Shown: piece by piece, positions 48,665-58,680 of the stretch
Layout of the letters: each line of letters opens with the position of its first letter
How positions within the stretch are numbered: the first letter of the stretch is position 1
IMG/VR virus record: IMGVR_UViG_3300020450_001133
Source: a virus
Taxonomy: Duplodnaviria > Caudoviricetes
Length of the DNA: 64,000 bases
Reading direction: 5' to 3' (one strand)
Notes under the pieces: model-generated
The model's database searches: none
What the model saw: the letters and a program-made list of their open reading frames with translations, nothing else
Told to the model about the DNA's origin: nothing
Made by a program: the position numbers and the translations under genes

Positions 48665-49585
48665 TTACTTAATCTCGTCTGGATTATTTACTGCTTGAGG
48701 TTTTACGTTAAGATTGTCTGAACCGCCACTGTCTTTTGGTGAGTTAGGGTTACCTTTCTCACTTGCGTTTCCGTCTCCACCATCGTGGGTTTTAACAGGC
48801 TCGCCTTGTCCATGTGGGCTAGTTACACCTTTTTGACTGTTTTTTGCATTACCTGAATCAACATTATCAGCATCTTCGCCTTCATGTTTTAATTCTTTTC
48901 CGACGTTGTCAGATAATTTAGTTGCTTCTTCAACAACTTCATCATCTTCTTCAACTTCTTCGTCTAGGTCATACTCAACGGATTCTTCTTCCATTTCTGC
49001 GTCCATGTCCATGTCGTCTCCGCCCATGTCCATCATATCTGCGTCCATTTCCGCTTCTTCTCCGTCATCGCCTTCTTCGTCATCATCTTTATCAAGAAGT
49101 TTTTCGAATTCAGCTCTTAAGTCTTCAAGTTCAGATTCAAGTTCATCAACTTTATCTTCAATCTCTCCGTCTTCCATTTCCTCGCCAATCTCATCTGCTT
49201 CGATGTCATCATCCGCTTCTTCAACGTCTGAGACAAAGTCTGCTTCTGGATCTGCTTGGTTAATTTCTTCTTCTACTGCTTCATCTTCAGAATCAACCGA
49301 TTCGTCCATGTCCTTTTCAGCATCGAGTTTTTCTTTCTCTTTTTTTGCTTTCATTTCAGCATCAAGTTTTTCCTTTTTGCTTTTAGGTTTCATTTCTTCT
49401 TCGATTTCTTCTTCAACTGCTTCTTCAACAGATTCTGTTGAAACTTCAGCATCATCTAAGATACGTTCGTATTCCTTACGAGCAGTTTCAACAACGTATT
49501 CGTGAAGCAACTCTTCGGCACGTTCGTTATCTTCAGCAAGTAAGAATTCTAGTACTTGTTCTAGTTTACTTTTGCTTTCTGACAT
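48665..49585 (-). CDS. highly acidic prohead core protein (gp67/68-position)
   Basis: Extreme D/E content; lies between portal and protease. Confidence 0.6.
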   Translation of the reverse strand: MSESKSKLEQVLEFLLAEDNERAEELLHEYVVETARKEYERILDDAEVSTESVEEAVEEEIEEEMKPKSKKEKLDAEMKAKKEKEKLDAEKDMDESVDSEDEAVEEEINQADPEADFVSDVEEADDDIEADEIGEEMEDGEIEDKVDELESELEDLRAEFEKLLDKDDDEEGDDGEEAEMDADMMDMGGDDMDMDAEMEEESVEYDLDEEVEEDDEVVEEATKLSDNVGKELKHEGEDADNVDSGNAKNSQKGVTSPHGQGEPVKTHDGGDGNASEKGNPNSPKDSGGSDNLNVKPQAVNNPDEIK

Positions 49586-49812
49586 ATTGTGCTCCTATAA
49601 ATTGATATAATTCATAATTATAAACTACCCTCCGCGATTGTGGATTGTAGTTATGTCGTATTTGTACTTATTAATAATGTGTTTTTATAGACAAAAAGGG
49701 CCTATTTTGATGTCTTTTTTGTCAAAATAGTGTAAGATGCGTGTTTTTGGTATCTGTCTGTACCATTGTATGCAAATATTTATCAGACGTGGATAAGAAT
49801 TTATAACACTAC

Positions 49813-50019
49813 TTAAAGTGCAGGTGCTTCATCGCCACCTGATTTTGAATACATTAAACTTGCTAATTTTTTACGTTCCATGTCTTCAGACTTTTTAAGT
49901 TCTCTGTATTTTCTTAATTTGTTGAGAGCCTCTAATGTTAGTTTAGACTTACGAGTGTCGTCCATTTTACGAGTGGCTTGTCTATCTTTTTCCGGATTGT
50001 AAAATTCGTCTAGTCTCAT
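49813..50019 (-). CDS. small basic head-associated protein
   Basis: 68 aa coupled to the portal stop; MRLDEF N-terminus. Confidence 0.65.
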   Translation of the reverse strand: MRLDEFYNPEKDRQATRKMDDTRKSKLTLEALNKLRKYRELKKSEDMERKKLASLMYSKSGGDEAPAL

Positions 50020-51725
50020 TATAATTGCTCTCCTGTATCAGTACCTGGTCCTATTGGCGTAACATCTGGTGCTTGAACATCATCTGTTGGCTCAATGGGT
50101 ATATCATCTACTGGTGCATCTATATCTAAGTCTGCACTTGGTCCAGGTCTAATTCCTACATTTCTTAAACCAATGTCTCCGGAATTTCCAGAAACAGTAT
50201 CTTCGTTGTATTTATTCTCTTCTTTCCAATATTCTTCGTTCTCTTTCATTTCTTCTTGTGTTAAACCCAAATACTTTTGCATTTTAAATTGTTGCGACAA
50301 GTAAGGTACTGCTTCTAACGAAGTAAACAATGTTGCTCTTTGAGTGTTTAAATCTAAATCTCTGTAACTGCTGAAGTTTTGTGGTGGAGCAAATTCTACT
50401 CTAAATGAACTGTTATCAATTTCAACGCCTTTATAATTCAAATACATTTTAAACTCTCTGTCCAAGTTTCTAATGATTTGTCTTTGCAGTCTTTCACAAT
50501 ACTTTGCAAATTGGAATTCTTGTATAAAAGCAACTCCCACTTTACCATCATTGTATTGTGCTGTTCCATCGTCTGGTCCTGTTGGCAAATAAGAACTAGG
50601 AACTCTTAAACCTCTTAACAGTTTGTTGTTAAAGTATTTAAGGTCATCTATTTGTCCTAAGTTTTCGCCACCTGGTAGTGTATCAACTTTTGAACCTCTA
50701 CCATCAGCCGTTTGAGCAAAGAAGTAATCTTCTAACATACTCATTGGATTGTAAGCCGCATCGGCTACATTACCACCATCTTTGTTTTTGTTTGGTACAC
50801 GTTTTTGTTGCACTTCATATTTTACTCTTTCCAAGTATTGTTGTGCTTTGTGTGGTGGCATATTACCAACATCAATAAAGAACACACGTCTTTCAGGTGC
50901 TCTGTGGACTCTATAAATGATTATAGAATCTTCTAATAATTCTTTTTGTTTGAAAACTTTGAATATAGGTTCTAATATACTGATACCAAAGGGCCAGTTA
51001 TGATCCATGCCTTCAGTTAAACTTAAATGTACAACATGTTGTGCATCTACAGGAGTACCATAATTAGTTCCTTGGTCTCCTAAATTTTGTGTACTATAAT
51101 TACTAACACTTGTTCCAACATTTCTGCCTGTCATCATACCTGCACCAGCACCATAGGGTCTACTATGTAATGCTGAGGCACTAGTTGCCGCAAGTTGTTC
51201 AAAGTTTGCTTCTAAGTTTTTAATAAAGTAAGTTTCAATTTTCTTACCTTCACTTTCATTTACAACAACCTTTTCAACATTAGCAGGATCAGTCCAATAC
51301 AGTTTGTAAGTTTCTGGATCTCTAATAAAAAATTGGTCTCCATACTTTAATGTGCTTCTTATCATTTTAAACACACGTCTGTTTAGGTCATTTAATGCAC
51401 ACCACTGTTCCATAGACTTGTTAAGTATTTTCATCTCTGTTGGACTAGGGTCGGAATTAAATTTGAATACGAACGGTTGTTCGGAAGAATCATCTTCTTG
51501 TGAACAGAATTCTGCTAAAATATCTAATGCGGCATTAATTTCCAAATCGTTGTCCATTTGGTCATATTGAATATATCGCATTAACCTGTTTGGTGAACCA
51601 GCATATACTTCTGGTAACCAACTACTAAATCTAGCATTGGCAAAGTTTCCAGTAGACTGGTCTCCAGTAACATTACTAGGTAGCCCTGCGTTGCTATTAT
51701 TAAAGTATTTTCTCCAAGTTGCCAT
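50019..51725 (-). CDS. portal protein (gp20-like)
   Basis: IIIYRVHRAPERRVFFIDVGNMP, MLEDYFF, GRGSKVDTLPGGENLGQIDDLKYF. Confidence 0.96.
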   Translation of the reverse strand: MATWRKYFNNSNAGLPSNVTGDQSTGNFANARFSSWLPEVYAGSPNRLMRYIQYDQMDNDLEINAALDILAEFCSQEDDSSEQPFVFKFNSDPSPTEMKILNKSMEQWCALNDLNRRVFKMIRSTLKYGDQFFIRDPETYKLYWTDPANVEKVVVNESEGKKIETYFIKNLEANFEQLAATSASALHSRPYGAGAGMMTGRNVGTSVSNYSTQNLGDQGTNYGTPVDAQHVVHLSLTEGMDHNWPFGISILEPIFKVFKQKELLEDSIIIYRVHRAPERRVFFIDVGNMPPHKAQQYLERVKYEVQQKRVPNKNKDGGNVADAAYNPMSMLEDYFFAQTADGRGSKVDTLPGGENLGQIDDLKYFNNKLLRGLRVPSSYLPTGPDDGTAQYNDGKVGVAFIQEFQFAKYCERLQRQIIRNLDREFKMYLNYKGVEIDNSSFRVEFAPPQNFSSYRDLDLNTQRATLFTSLEAVPYLSQQFKMQKYLGLTQEEMKENEEYWKEENKYNEDTVSGNSGDIGLRNVGIRPGPSADLDIDAPVDDIPIEPTDDVQAPDVTPIGPGTDTGEQL

Positions 51726-51791
51726 AAAATCTCTCTTTATATGCGTATATTTATCACTTTTCGGATATTACGTCAAGAAATTATTGGACGT

Positions 51792-54700
51792 TTAGAAATC
51801 TATATCTTCAGTTGCTGATATTTGCTTCTTGGAAAGTTTGTTGTTTTCTGCTTGTAGTCTTACTAATTCTGCTAACAGAGCCGCGGTATCATTTTCTGGA
51901 GTGTCTGGTTTTTTGGCACCAGGATCAGTAGGCATTGTGTTGTTGCCTGTAAGGTCATCTATGATTTCATCATCATCACCATATTGAACTCCCATTGATG
52001 GAACTGCGGTTTGGTCAACTTGCGTTTTAGCAGTAGGCATACTTGCTTGACTTCCTACATTAGGTTTAACTTCTGATTGTCCTGCACCGCTACCAAAGAA
52101 GTCTTTTACTTGACTGGCAACATCTTTAATTTTGTCAAAGAATGTTGTTTCTGCTGGAACACCTTTTTCTAATCTTGCCAATGCGGCAGTTAGTGTGTCT
52201 ATGCTTGAAGCAAATTTTATAACACTATCTGCTGTACCGTCTAAGCCGTCAAACATATCTATAGCACTCTTAGATTCTGATAGTCCTTTAAATGCTTCTC
52301 CTAATATGAATATGCCCATCATATCCACGCCTTGTAATCCTTTAGCAAAGTCTATAACTTTTTCCATTGGAGATTTAGCACCAAACAGTTTTCCAATTCC
52401 GTCCATTAAACCTGATAGTAAAGAACCACCGGACATAACTGCCAAGCCGGCACCTATTGCCGCCAATCCTGCACCAACTAAGATTAAGTTTTTGCCATCT
52501 ACCATACTCATTAACACAATGTTTGGTACAAACATTTCAAATGCTTTTGCGGCTATCATTGCCGCCACTGCGAACGGAATAAGTGCGGCACCCAATACAC
52601 CAATTGCTAATGCACCTGCCATCACAAATCCTACAATAGGTGGCATACCAATAATACCAGCCGCAACTGCCAGGGCGGCAATCGCCGTTGCTAACACACC
52701 TATTGTTTTAAATCCTACATCTTTCATAAGGTTAAGTCCGAATGCCAATGGAACCATTGCAGTACTAAGTGCTAATACTCCAACTGCACCCTTAACCATA
52801 CTAGTTGATGATTTTTCTAATAGTTTGGATAGTCCTATCATACCACCCATTGCAAGTAAGCCTTTACCCATTGAGGCAAAGTCCACTTCATTAAATTGTT
52901 TTAGTCCTACAGCCAACAATGCAACTGCGGCACCCATCATTACCATACTTGCGGCACCTTTAACTACTTTGTTGTCTCCAAACTTCTTAACTGCATTTGC
53001 TATATTACTTAAGAAGCCTCCACTCTTACCGCCTTTGGTCATAGCACCTGTTATGCCGTCTGCTTTATCACTTGCACCACCTAACACCTTAGCCGCAACA
53101 GAACCTCCACTGCCAACTCCGGAACTAGCCGCGCCGGCAACTGTACTGCCTCCGCCACCCATTATGCCACTAATTAATTTAGAACCACCTTTCTTAATCA
53201 GACCTCCTAAGAATCCTAAAGCCTGTTTACTGGCACTATAGGCAAACACAGCCAGGAATAGATATTTTAGTCCACTCATTAATGCATCTATTAATGGTTG
53301 TTTTATTCTGTCTATTACATCAGTAAACATAGCACCAAAATCTATGCCGCCATCATCAGTTCTAAATCCATCTATATATTTTTTAAGAGACTTGAATGCT
53401 CCAACTACTGCTTCTATACCAGTTTTTAACATTGGTAAAAACTTCTTAGCCATTTCTTTACCCATGTCAGCCATGCCTTGTGCACCGCCACTCATGTCAT
53501 CTGAAGCAAATCCAAATATGCCCATTATTTCTTTCAAGCCGTCTTCTAATGCTTTTGTGATTTCCGGGTCTGCAAATAAACTGTAAAATGCACTACTAAA
53601 TCCTGATGTTGCCTGTGCAACTATCTTGTTAAAGTTATTTGTGCCTTTTTGTACAGTATCCATATTAAATCCTGTACCAAGCATTTCATTAACTTCCTTC
53701 ATTTTGGATTCACTTTGTTCGAATTGTGTGATTGCTTGTGCCATTTGTTTTGCACTTTCGTCACCAACCCTAGCCAACATAAAGATCCTGTCTTTTTCTT
53801 CTTTGCTTACATTTCCTAAATCCTTAACAAGTCCTTGCACCATTTCATCTGCTTGACTTTGTGTAAGTGTACCTGCTTGTACGGCATCTCTAAATTCGTT
53901 CATTGGGCCTGCTAATCTTGGCAATGCTTGAACCATACCAATAGCGGCATCACTCAATCCAATAGCACCCATTGTTGCTTGTTCTGTGAATGCTTCTGCT
54001 AATGCTTGTCCACCTTGTCCTCCAAGTGCGGCAAGTCCACTAGCAAATACTTCAACACCAGCAACTAAATCACTTCTTACTGTGTCTCCAAATCTTAGGA
54101 AACTTGCAGTAAGCATTCCGTTGTTTGCAATTAATCCATCAACAAATGCCTGTATCTCTTCTGTACTTTCACCAAGTGCAGTAGCATAAGCAGTTTGGAA
54201 TCTAGTTGTTGTTTGGATTTGTTTGTTTAATCTTCCTTGGTCAACACTACCAACGTTTAATAATCTTTGACGTCTTTGTAGTGATTCACCAAATGTGTTC
54301 ATGCTGTCTTCAAAACTCATACCAAGTTCTTCTGAAGTATCAGCGGCAAATTTCATTGTGTTTTCAAATCGTTTTAGACCTGCTGTTGCAACAACTCTTG
54401 AATTGGCGGCAATAAGTTGTGCGGCTCCTTCAAAGCCTAAACCTAAAGCACCCAGTCTAGCAATACCTTGTGTAGCACTTGTATCCAAGCCACCTAGTGT
54501 ACTGTTAAAACCTACACCAACTTTGGTCAGTTTGTTAAGTTCGTCTCCAACACCTAATGCCTTAGTGGCTACAAAAGATAAACCACCAGCAACTATACCT
54601 GTAAGAGCAGTACCTACACCTAATGCAACATCACCAAGTTTGCCCACAAAACCTAAAAGTTCTTCACCATCTGATTCTAGTTGTCTGCCAAACTTAACAA

Positions 54701-55055
54701 TACCAGCACCAGCCGAGTCTAGGAAACCTCTACCTTTTGCATTGTCGGCTCGTGTTTTGCCCTGTTCTTCTTTTATGGTTTTGCTATTGTCTTTAAAACC
54801 TTTTTCGATTGCTTTCTTTTGTTCTTCAGTGGCTTCTAACTGTTCTTCATTTGATTTTTCTTCTTTTTTGTTAGCCTTCTGAGTTGCTTTAAGCATGTCC
54901 TCATTTGATTTTTTGAGTTCTGCTAATGCTTTACCACTTACGCCATTAGCCTTTGCAATTTCCGTAAGAATATCCACCATTTGCTTAGAAGTGGATTCAC
55001 TTGCCCAGTCTGGGAAACTGTAACTTTGTCCTTCAATGTTAAATGAAACTGCCAT
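51792..55055 (-). CDS. tape-measure-like protein
   Basis: ~1087-aa Ala/Gly-rich helical protein with hydrophobic stretches, divergent from the gp26-like gene; start moved to ATG 55055. Confidence 0.7.
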   Translation of the reverse strand: MAVSFNIEGQSYSFPDWASESTSKQMVDILTEIAKANGVSGKALAELKKSNEDMLKATQKANKKEEKSNEEQLEATEEQKKAIEKGFKDNSKTIKEEQGKTRADNAKGRGFLDSAGAGIVKFGRQLESDGEELLGFVGKLGDVALGVGTALTGIVAGGLSFVATKALGVGDELNKLTKVGVGFNSTLGGLDTSATQGIARLGALGLGFEGAAQLIAANSRVVATAGLKRFENTMKFAADTSEELGMSFEDSMNTFGESLQRRQRLLNVGSVDQGRLNKQIQTTTRFQTAYATALGESTEEIQAFVDGLIANNGMLTASFLRFGDTVRSDLVAGVEVFASGLAALGGQGGQALAEAFTEQATMGAIGLSDAAIGMVQALPRLAGPMNEFRDAVQAGTLTQSQADEMVQGLVKDLGNVSKEEKDRIFMLARVGDESAKQMAQAITQFEQSESKMKEVNEMLGTGFNMDTVQKGTNNFNKIVAQATSGFSSAFYSLFADPEITKALEDGLKEIMGIFGFASDDMSGGAQGMADMGKEMAKKFLPMLKTGIEAVVGAFKSLKKYIDGFRTDDGGIDFGAMFTDVIDRIKQPLIDALMSGLKYLFLAVFAYSASKQALGFLGGLIKKGGSKLISGIMGGGGSTVAGAASSGVGSGGSVAAKVLGGASDKADGITGAMTKGGKSGGFLSNIANAVKKFGDNKVVKGAASMVMMGAAVALLAVGLKQFNEVDFASMGKGLLAMGGMIGLSKLLEKSSTSMVKGAVGVLALSTAMVPLAFGLNLMKDVGFKTIGVLATAIAALAVAAGIIGMPPIVGFVMAGALAIGVLGAALIPFAVAAMIAAKAFEMFVPNIVLMSMVDGKNLILVGAGLAAIGAGLAVMSGGSLLSGLMDGIGKLFGAKSPMEKVIDFAKGLQGVDMMGIFILGEAFKGLSESKSAIDMFDGLDGTADSVIKFASSIDTLTAALARLEKGVPAETTFFDKIKDVASQVKDFFGSGAGQSEVKPNVGSQASMPTAKTQVDQTAVPSMGVQYGDDDEIIDDLTGNNTMPTDPGAKKPDTPENDTAALLAELVRLQAENNKLSKKQISATEDIDF

Positions 55056-55076
55056 ACCAATATTTATCATAAAGTA

Positions 55077-55128
55077 TTAAAACACGTTTTAATAGGTTTT
55101 TTACACAAAAAATTAAAACTAGTTTTAA
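55077..55128. promoter_or_regulatory. two copies of palindrome TTAAAAC-NN-GTTTTAA
   Basis: 55077-55092 (TTAAAACACGTTTTAA) and 55113-55128 (TTAAAACTAGTTTTAA), between divergent GATAAATA motifs. Confidence 0.55.
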
Positions 55129-55180
55129 AGATGATAAATAAATACAGTTTTAATTCATACTAGAAAAATCAGGAGATTAA

Positions 55181-56062
55181 ATGGCAGAGAACATACAAAG
55201 TCAAAATCCGTTAAGTGCTTACTTTAGAGCACCTAAACTTTACACCACTATTCCTAGTGGCGGTAGGTTTTATAGCGAAAACGTAATGACTGTTCCAGAG
55301 AATGGCGAATTGGCTATTTTCCCAATGACTACAAAAGACGAACTAATGCTTAAAAATCCAGATGCATTGTTAAATGGAGAAGCAGTAGCAAGTTTAATTA
55401 AGTCATGTGTACCAGACGTCCTAGACCCTAAAAAAATGTTTAGTGCTGACGTCGATGCATTGTTAATTGCAATCAGAGGTGCAAGTGGAGGAGATGATGT
55501 TGAAGTTCAAGCAACATGTCCAGAATGTGAAACAATTACAGATGTAACAATCAGTGTTGAAGCATCATTACAAGGCATGGAAGAACTTGACTCAGAATAC
55601 GAACTAACATTGACTAATGGTCTTGTTGTAAAAGGTTTACCGTTTACATACTTTAGCACAATTAGAGCAGGTGTTGCCAGTTTCCAAAGCACAAGAAGTA
55701 TGCAAAGTATTTCAGAAATGACTGACGATATGGAACGTTTAAGTGCGTTCAACGAAAGTTTTGTTAAACTTGCAGATTTAAACTTTGAACTATTAGTGGA
55801 CAGTATAAAGAGTATAGTTTATCAAAATGAAGAAGGCAAAGATGTTATTATTAACGACAGTCAAATCATTAGAGAGTTTTTAGAGAACACGGATAATACT
55901 ACAGGAAAAGAAATTGAAACTTTTGTTAATTCTATTAACGACAAAGGAGTTAAAAACGAAGTATTGGTTAAGTGCGAAAATGAAGATTGCCCAGTAGAAG
56001 GCGGCAACGAATTTACTGCACCTATCAACTTTGATCCTGTAAATTTTTTCACGGGTTCCTAG
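55181..56062 (+). CDS. gp26-like baseplate hub / tail assembly chaperone
   Basis: NPLSAYFRAPKLY..IPSGG, MTTKDELMLKNPDALLNG, DVDALLIAIR, CPEC and C..EDC; ends FDPVNFFTGS. Confidence 0.8.
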   Translation: MAENIQSQNPLSAYFRAPKLYTTIPSGGRFYSENVMTVPENGELAIFPMTTKDELMLKNPDALLNGEAVASLIKSCVPDVLDPKKMFSADVDALLIAIRGASGGDDVEVQATCPECETITDVTISVEASLQGMEELDSEYELTLTNGLVVKGLPFTYFSTIRAGVASFQSTRSMQSISEMTDDMERLSAFNESFVKLADLNFELLVDSIKSIVYQNEEGKDVIINDSQIIREFLENTDNTTGKEIETFVNSINDKGVKNEVLVKCENEDCPVEGGNEFTAPINFDPVNFFTGS

Positions 56063-56280
56063 GGACAGCCGAGCCTGAAGAAATTTCAGGCTACTTAGGT
56101 AAACTCGACAAAGACCAAAAAAGCATTCTTAAGCAAGTAGCAGAGTTGGCTATATTCAGTGAAGGTGCCGTGTCATATACAGAAGCATGGCAACTGTCTC
56201 CTATTGAAAGAGAAACACTCATCAAAACTGTGAACCGTTATAATAAATTAAAGAGCGGTGATAAATCAGAAAGTTTATAA
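56035..56280 (+). CDS. start-less -1-frame ORF, gp51-like / tail chaperone C-terminal extension
   Basis: Open from 56035 (after TGA at 56032) to TAA 56278 with no ATG; overlaps A_AAT_TTT_TTC; encodes ...GAVSYTEAWQLSPIERETLIK... Confidence 0.6.
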   Translation, partial: SCKFFHGFLGTAEPEEISGYLGKLDKDQKSILKQVAELAIFSEGAVSYTEAWQLSPIERETLIKTVNRYNKLKSGDKSESL

Positions 56281-58680
56281 AGATAAACTAATACCAAACT
56301 GTACATTATCATTAATAGTATCTGCTTTTAAATAAGCAGTTACATTATTAAAAGCATGACTAATAGTTGCTCTAAATACAGTTTCGTTGCTTTTAAATTC
56401 ACTTTTAAGACCGTTAAATTGTATGTTAGTATTGGATAAAGAGTTAATATTACTAACACCCAAAGATATAAAAGTAGTGCCTTTAGACGTATTAAAACGT
56501 GCAGTAAGGTCTGAATAAAGTTCAATATCATTTAAACTAAACTTGTTTATTTCTGCATTAAAGTTACTATTTTGCTCTGTAAAACTGTCTACAGTTGTGT
56601 TATACAACGATACACCTGTTTGTAGATACCAATTGTTATTAATAGCAAACAAACGTTCTGCAAACAAATTAATTGTGTCTACATCTAACTTTGCATTACC
56701 TGTTCCATAATATTTGCCTGGATTATCAACATACATATCACTTTTCATGTATCCTAATCCAACATGATATTTGTCAATTTGTGTATCAAAAAATACAACT
56801 CCGCCACCTTCTGTTTTACCAAACAATAGTCCGTACTCACCAAAGTTTTTACTGTATCCTAAAATGCTGTCATAGTTGTTATCAGCATAAAACACTTTGC
56901 TATCATATAATGTGATGTTTTTGATATCATTAAAAAGACTTTTGTTTTCAAAAACTGTTTGGGCATATTGAGTTGGTTTGTTAGCAATTTCATTTGCCAT
57001 TTGTTCTAACACATTCACAGGATCCATCATTAACCAAAAAGTATTATCACTATCTGTGTCGCTTACTGTTACAGTTGATCCTACAAAATCATACCAATCT
57101 TTACCATCTATTTCTACAGGAAATAAACCTGTTAAATGACCACTATCAAAACTTGGAAAGTCATCATACAATTCAAATACGCCATTATTGTTTAATAATA
57201 CATAACTGTTTACACCTGTTGAAACAATATCCAAATCACCGTCTTTATCAAAATCTACTTTTGTGAGAAAAACTTGTCCATTCCATACTTCAGGATTATG
57301 TGGGTTTCCGTCTGCATATTTTGTATTAGGATTTGCAGTAGATGTAATGTCAGTCCAAGTTCTATTAGCACCATTCTTAAAAACTTGTATCATGTTACCA
57401 ACATAATAATTAGAATCATCACTAGTAGGTGTAACACTCATAACAATGTCTATAAAGCCGTCTCCATCTATATCAAAGGCTTCCATATCTATAGCACCAC
57501 CTATGGCACCAAAGTAATTCGCAGGTAGAGCCACTACATCATTACGCCAGTCATTGTTACCATTATTATAATATACTGCACCAGCACTATTTGTAGGACC
57601 ACCAGGTATATTGTTATGCGAATTACCAGCATACTGCCAACCTACTGCAACATCGCCGTATCCGTCATTGTCGAAATCAGCAACTGTGGCTGTGGTTGCC
57701 CAAGTAGAGTTTTGATGATTGTAAGTAGGAAAGTTTCTATTTGCAACAAAGTTACCTGTTCCGTCATTTATTAACATGGCCCATGGTTCAAAATTATTTG
57801 TGGTATATCCATCTCCCCAATCGGTGCCTGTGTTTCTAGCAAATAAAGGAACAAATATGTCTTGGTCTCCATCGCCATCTGCATCACCATTGGCAACATC
57901 ATGTGCAAATGGTCCCATGTTTCCACCTACTTCATCATTAAACCAGATACTTGCAGGTAGTGTAGAACTTTTATCTTCCAGTTTGCCGTTGTTACTTAAT
58001 AGTAATGTGCTACCACCAAAAAAGTCATCTATGCCATCTCCATTTAAGTCAGCAACTAATCCACTTGTAGGTGATGTGTTGTTATTGCAATTTGTACCCA
58101 TAAAACAAAATGATTCATCTTGTAATGTAAAGTGTCCGTTGCCATCATTAATAAATGTAAAAATTTTACTGTCTGGATTGTATGCTTGTTGGCTAGTGTT
58201 ATATCCTCCAACAAAAGAAATAACATAAAAGTCCATGTGTTCATCACCATTTAAATCTGCTTCAAACACTCGTGTGGATTGATTGTAAGGACCTTGGTCT
58301 TGTATTTCTTGTCCGTTTGCAAAACCTGGATGTGTGCCTAATACATTTATATTAAGAAATCCATAATCTTCAATGTAATATTTTTCTGTTGGTGCAGGTA
58401 ATCCTGTTGCAGTATAGTCCAACATACTATATGTTACAACTATGTTTTCAGAATAGCCTGATGCATTAGGATTATATTCACTTGTAAAAGTTTCAAAACT
58501 GTGACGTTTGTCATTGGATGGACTGTTTTGTGCAGGTGGTGTATATGATTGTTGTTCAGGCAATGGCAAACTGCTACCGCCTCCACTACTTGCACAAGAC
58601 GTGAGTGCTAATATAACAAGACCTACGAATAGTAGGTCCATTAGTTTGTAAAAATATTTACGAACAGTATTCTTTGACAT
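56275..58680 (-). CDS. lipoprotein with FG-GAP repeats and a probable C-terminal outer-membrane beta-barrel
   Basis: Lipobox LALTSC; six Dx(D/N)xDG repeats; alternating amphipathic strands over the last ~200 aa. Confidence 0.75.
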   Translation of the reverse strand: MSKNTVRKYFYKLMDLLFVGLVILALTSCASSGGGSSLPLPEQQSYTPPAQNSPSNDKRHSFETFTSEYNPNASGYSENIVVTYSMLDYTATGLPAPTEKYYIEDYGFLNINVLGTHPGFANGQEIQDQGPYNQSTRVFEADLNGDEHMDFYVISFVGGYNTSQQAYNPDSKIFTFINDGNGHFTLQDESFCFMGTNCNNNTSPTSGLVADLNGDGIDDFFGGSTLLLSNNGKLEDKSSTLPASIWFNDEVGGNMGPFAHDVANGDADGDGDQDIFVPLFARNTGTDWGDGYTTNNFEPWAMLINDGTGNFVANRNFPTYNHQNSTWATTATVADFDNDGYGDVAVGWQYAGNSHNNIPGGPTNSAGAVYYNNGNNDWRNDVVALPANYFGAIGGAIDMEAFDIDGDGFIDIVMSVTPTSDDSNYYVGNMIQVFKNGANRTWTDITSTANPNTKYADGNPHNPEVWNGQVFLTKVDFDKDGDLDIVSTGVNSYVLLNNNGVFELYDDFPSFDSGHLTGLFPVEIDGKDWYDFVGSTVTVSDTDSDNTFWLMMDPVNVLEQMANEIANKPTQYAQTVFENKSLFNDIKNITLYDSKVFYADNNYDSILGYSKNFGEYGLLFGKTEGGGVVFFDTQIDKYHVGLGYMKSDMYVDNPGKYYGTGNAKLDVDTINLFAERLFAINNNWYLQTGVSLYNTTVDSFTEQNSNFNAEINKFSLNDIELYSDLTARFNTSKGTTFISLGVSNINSLSNTNIQFNGLKSEFKSNETVFRATISHAFNNVTAYLKADTINDNVQFGISLSL

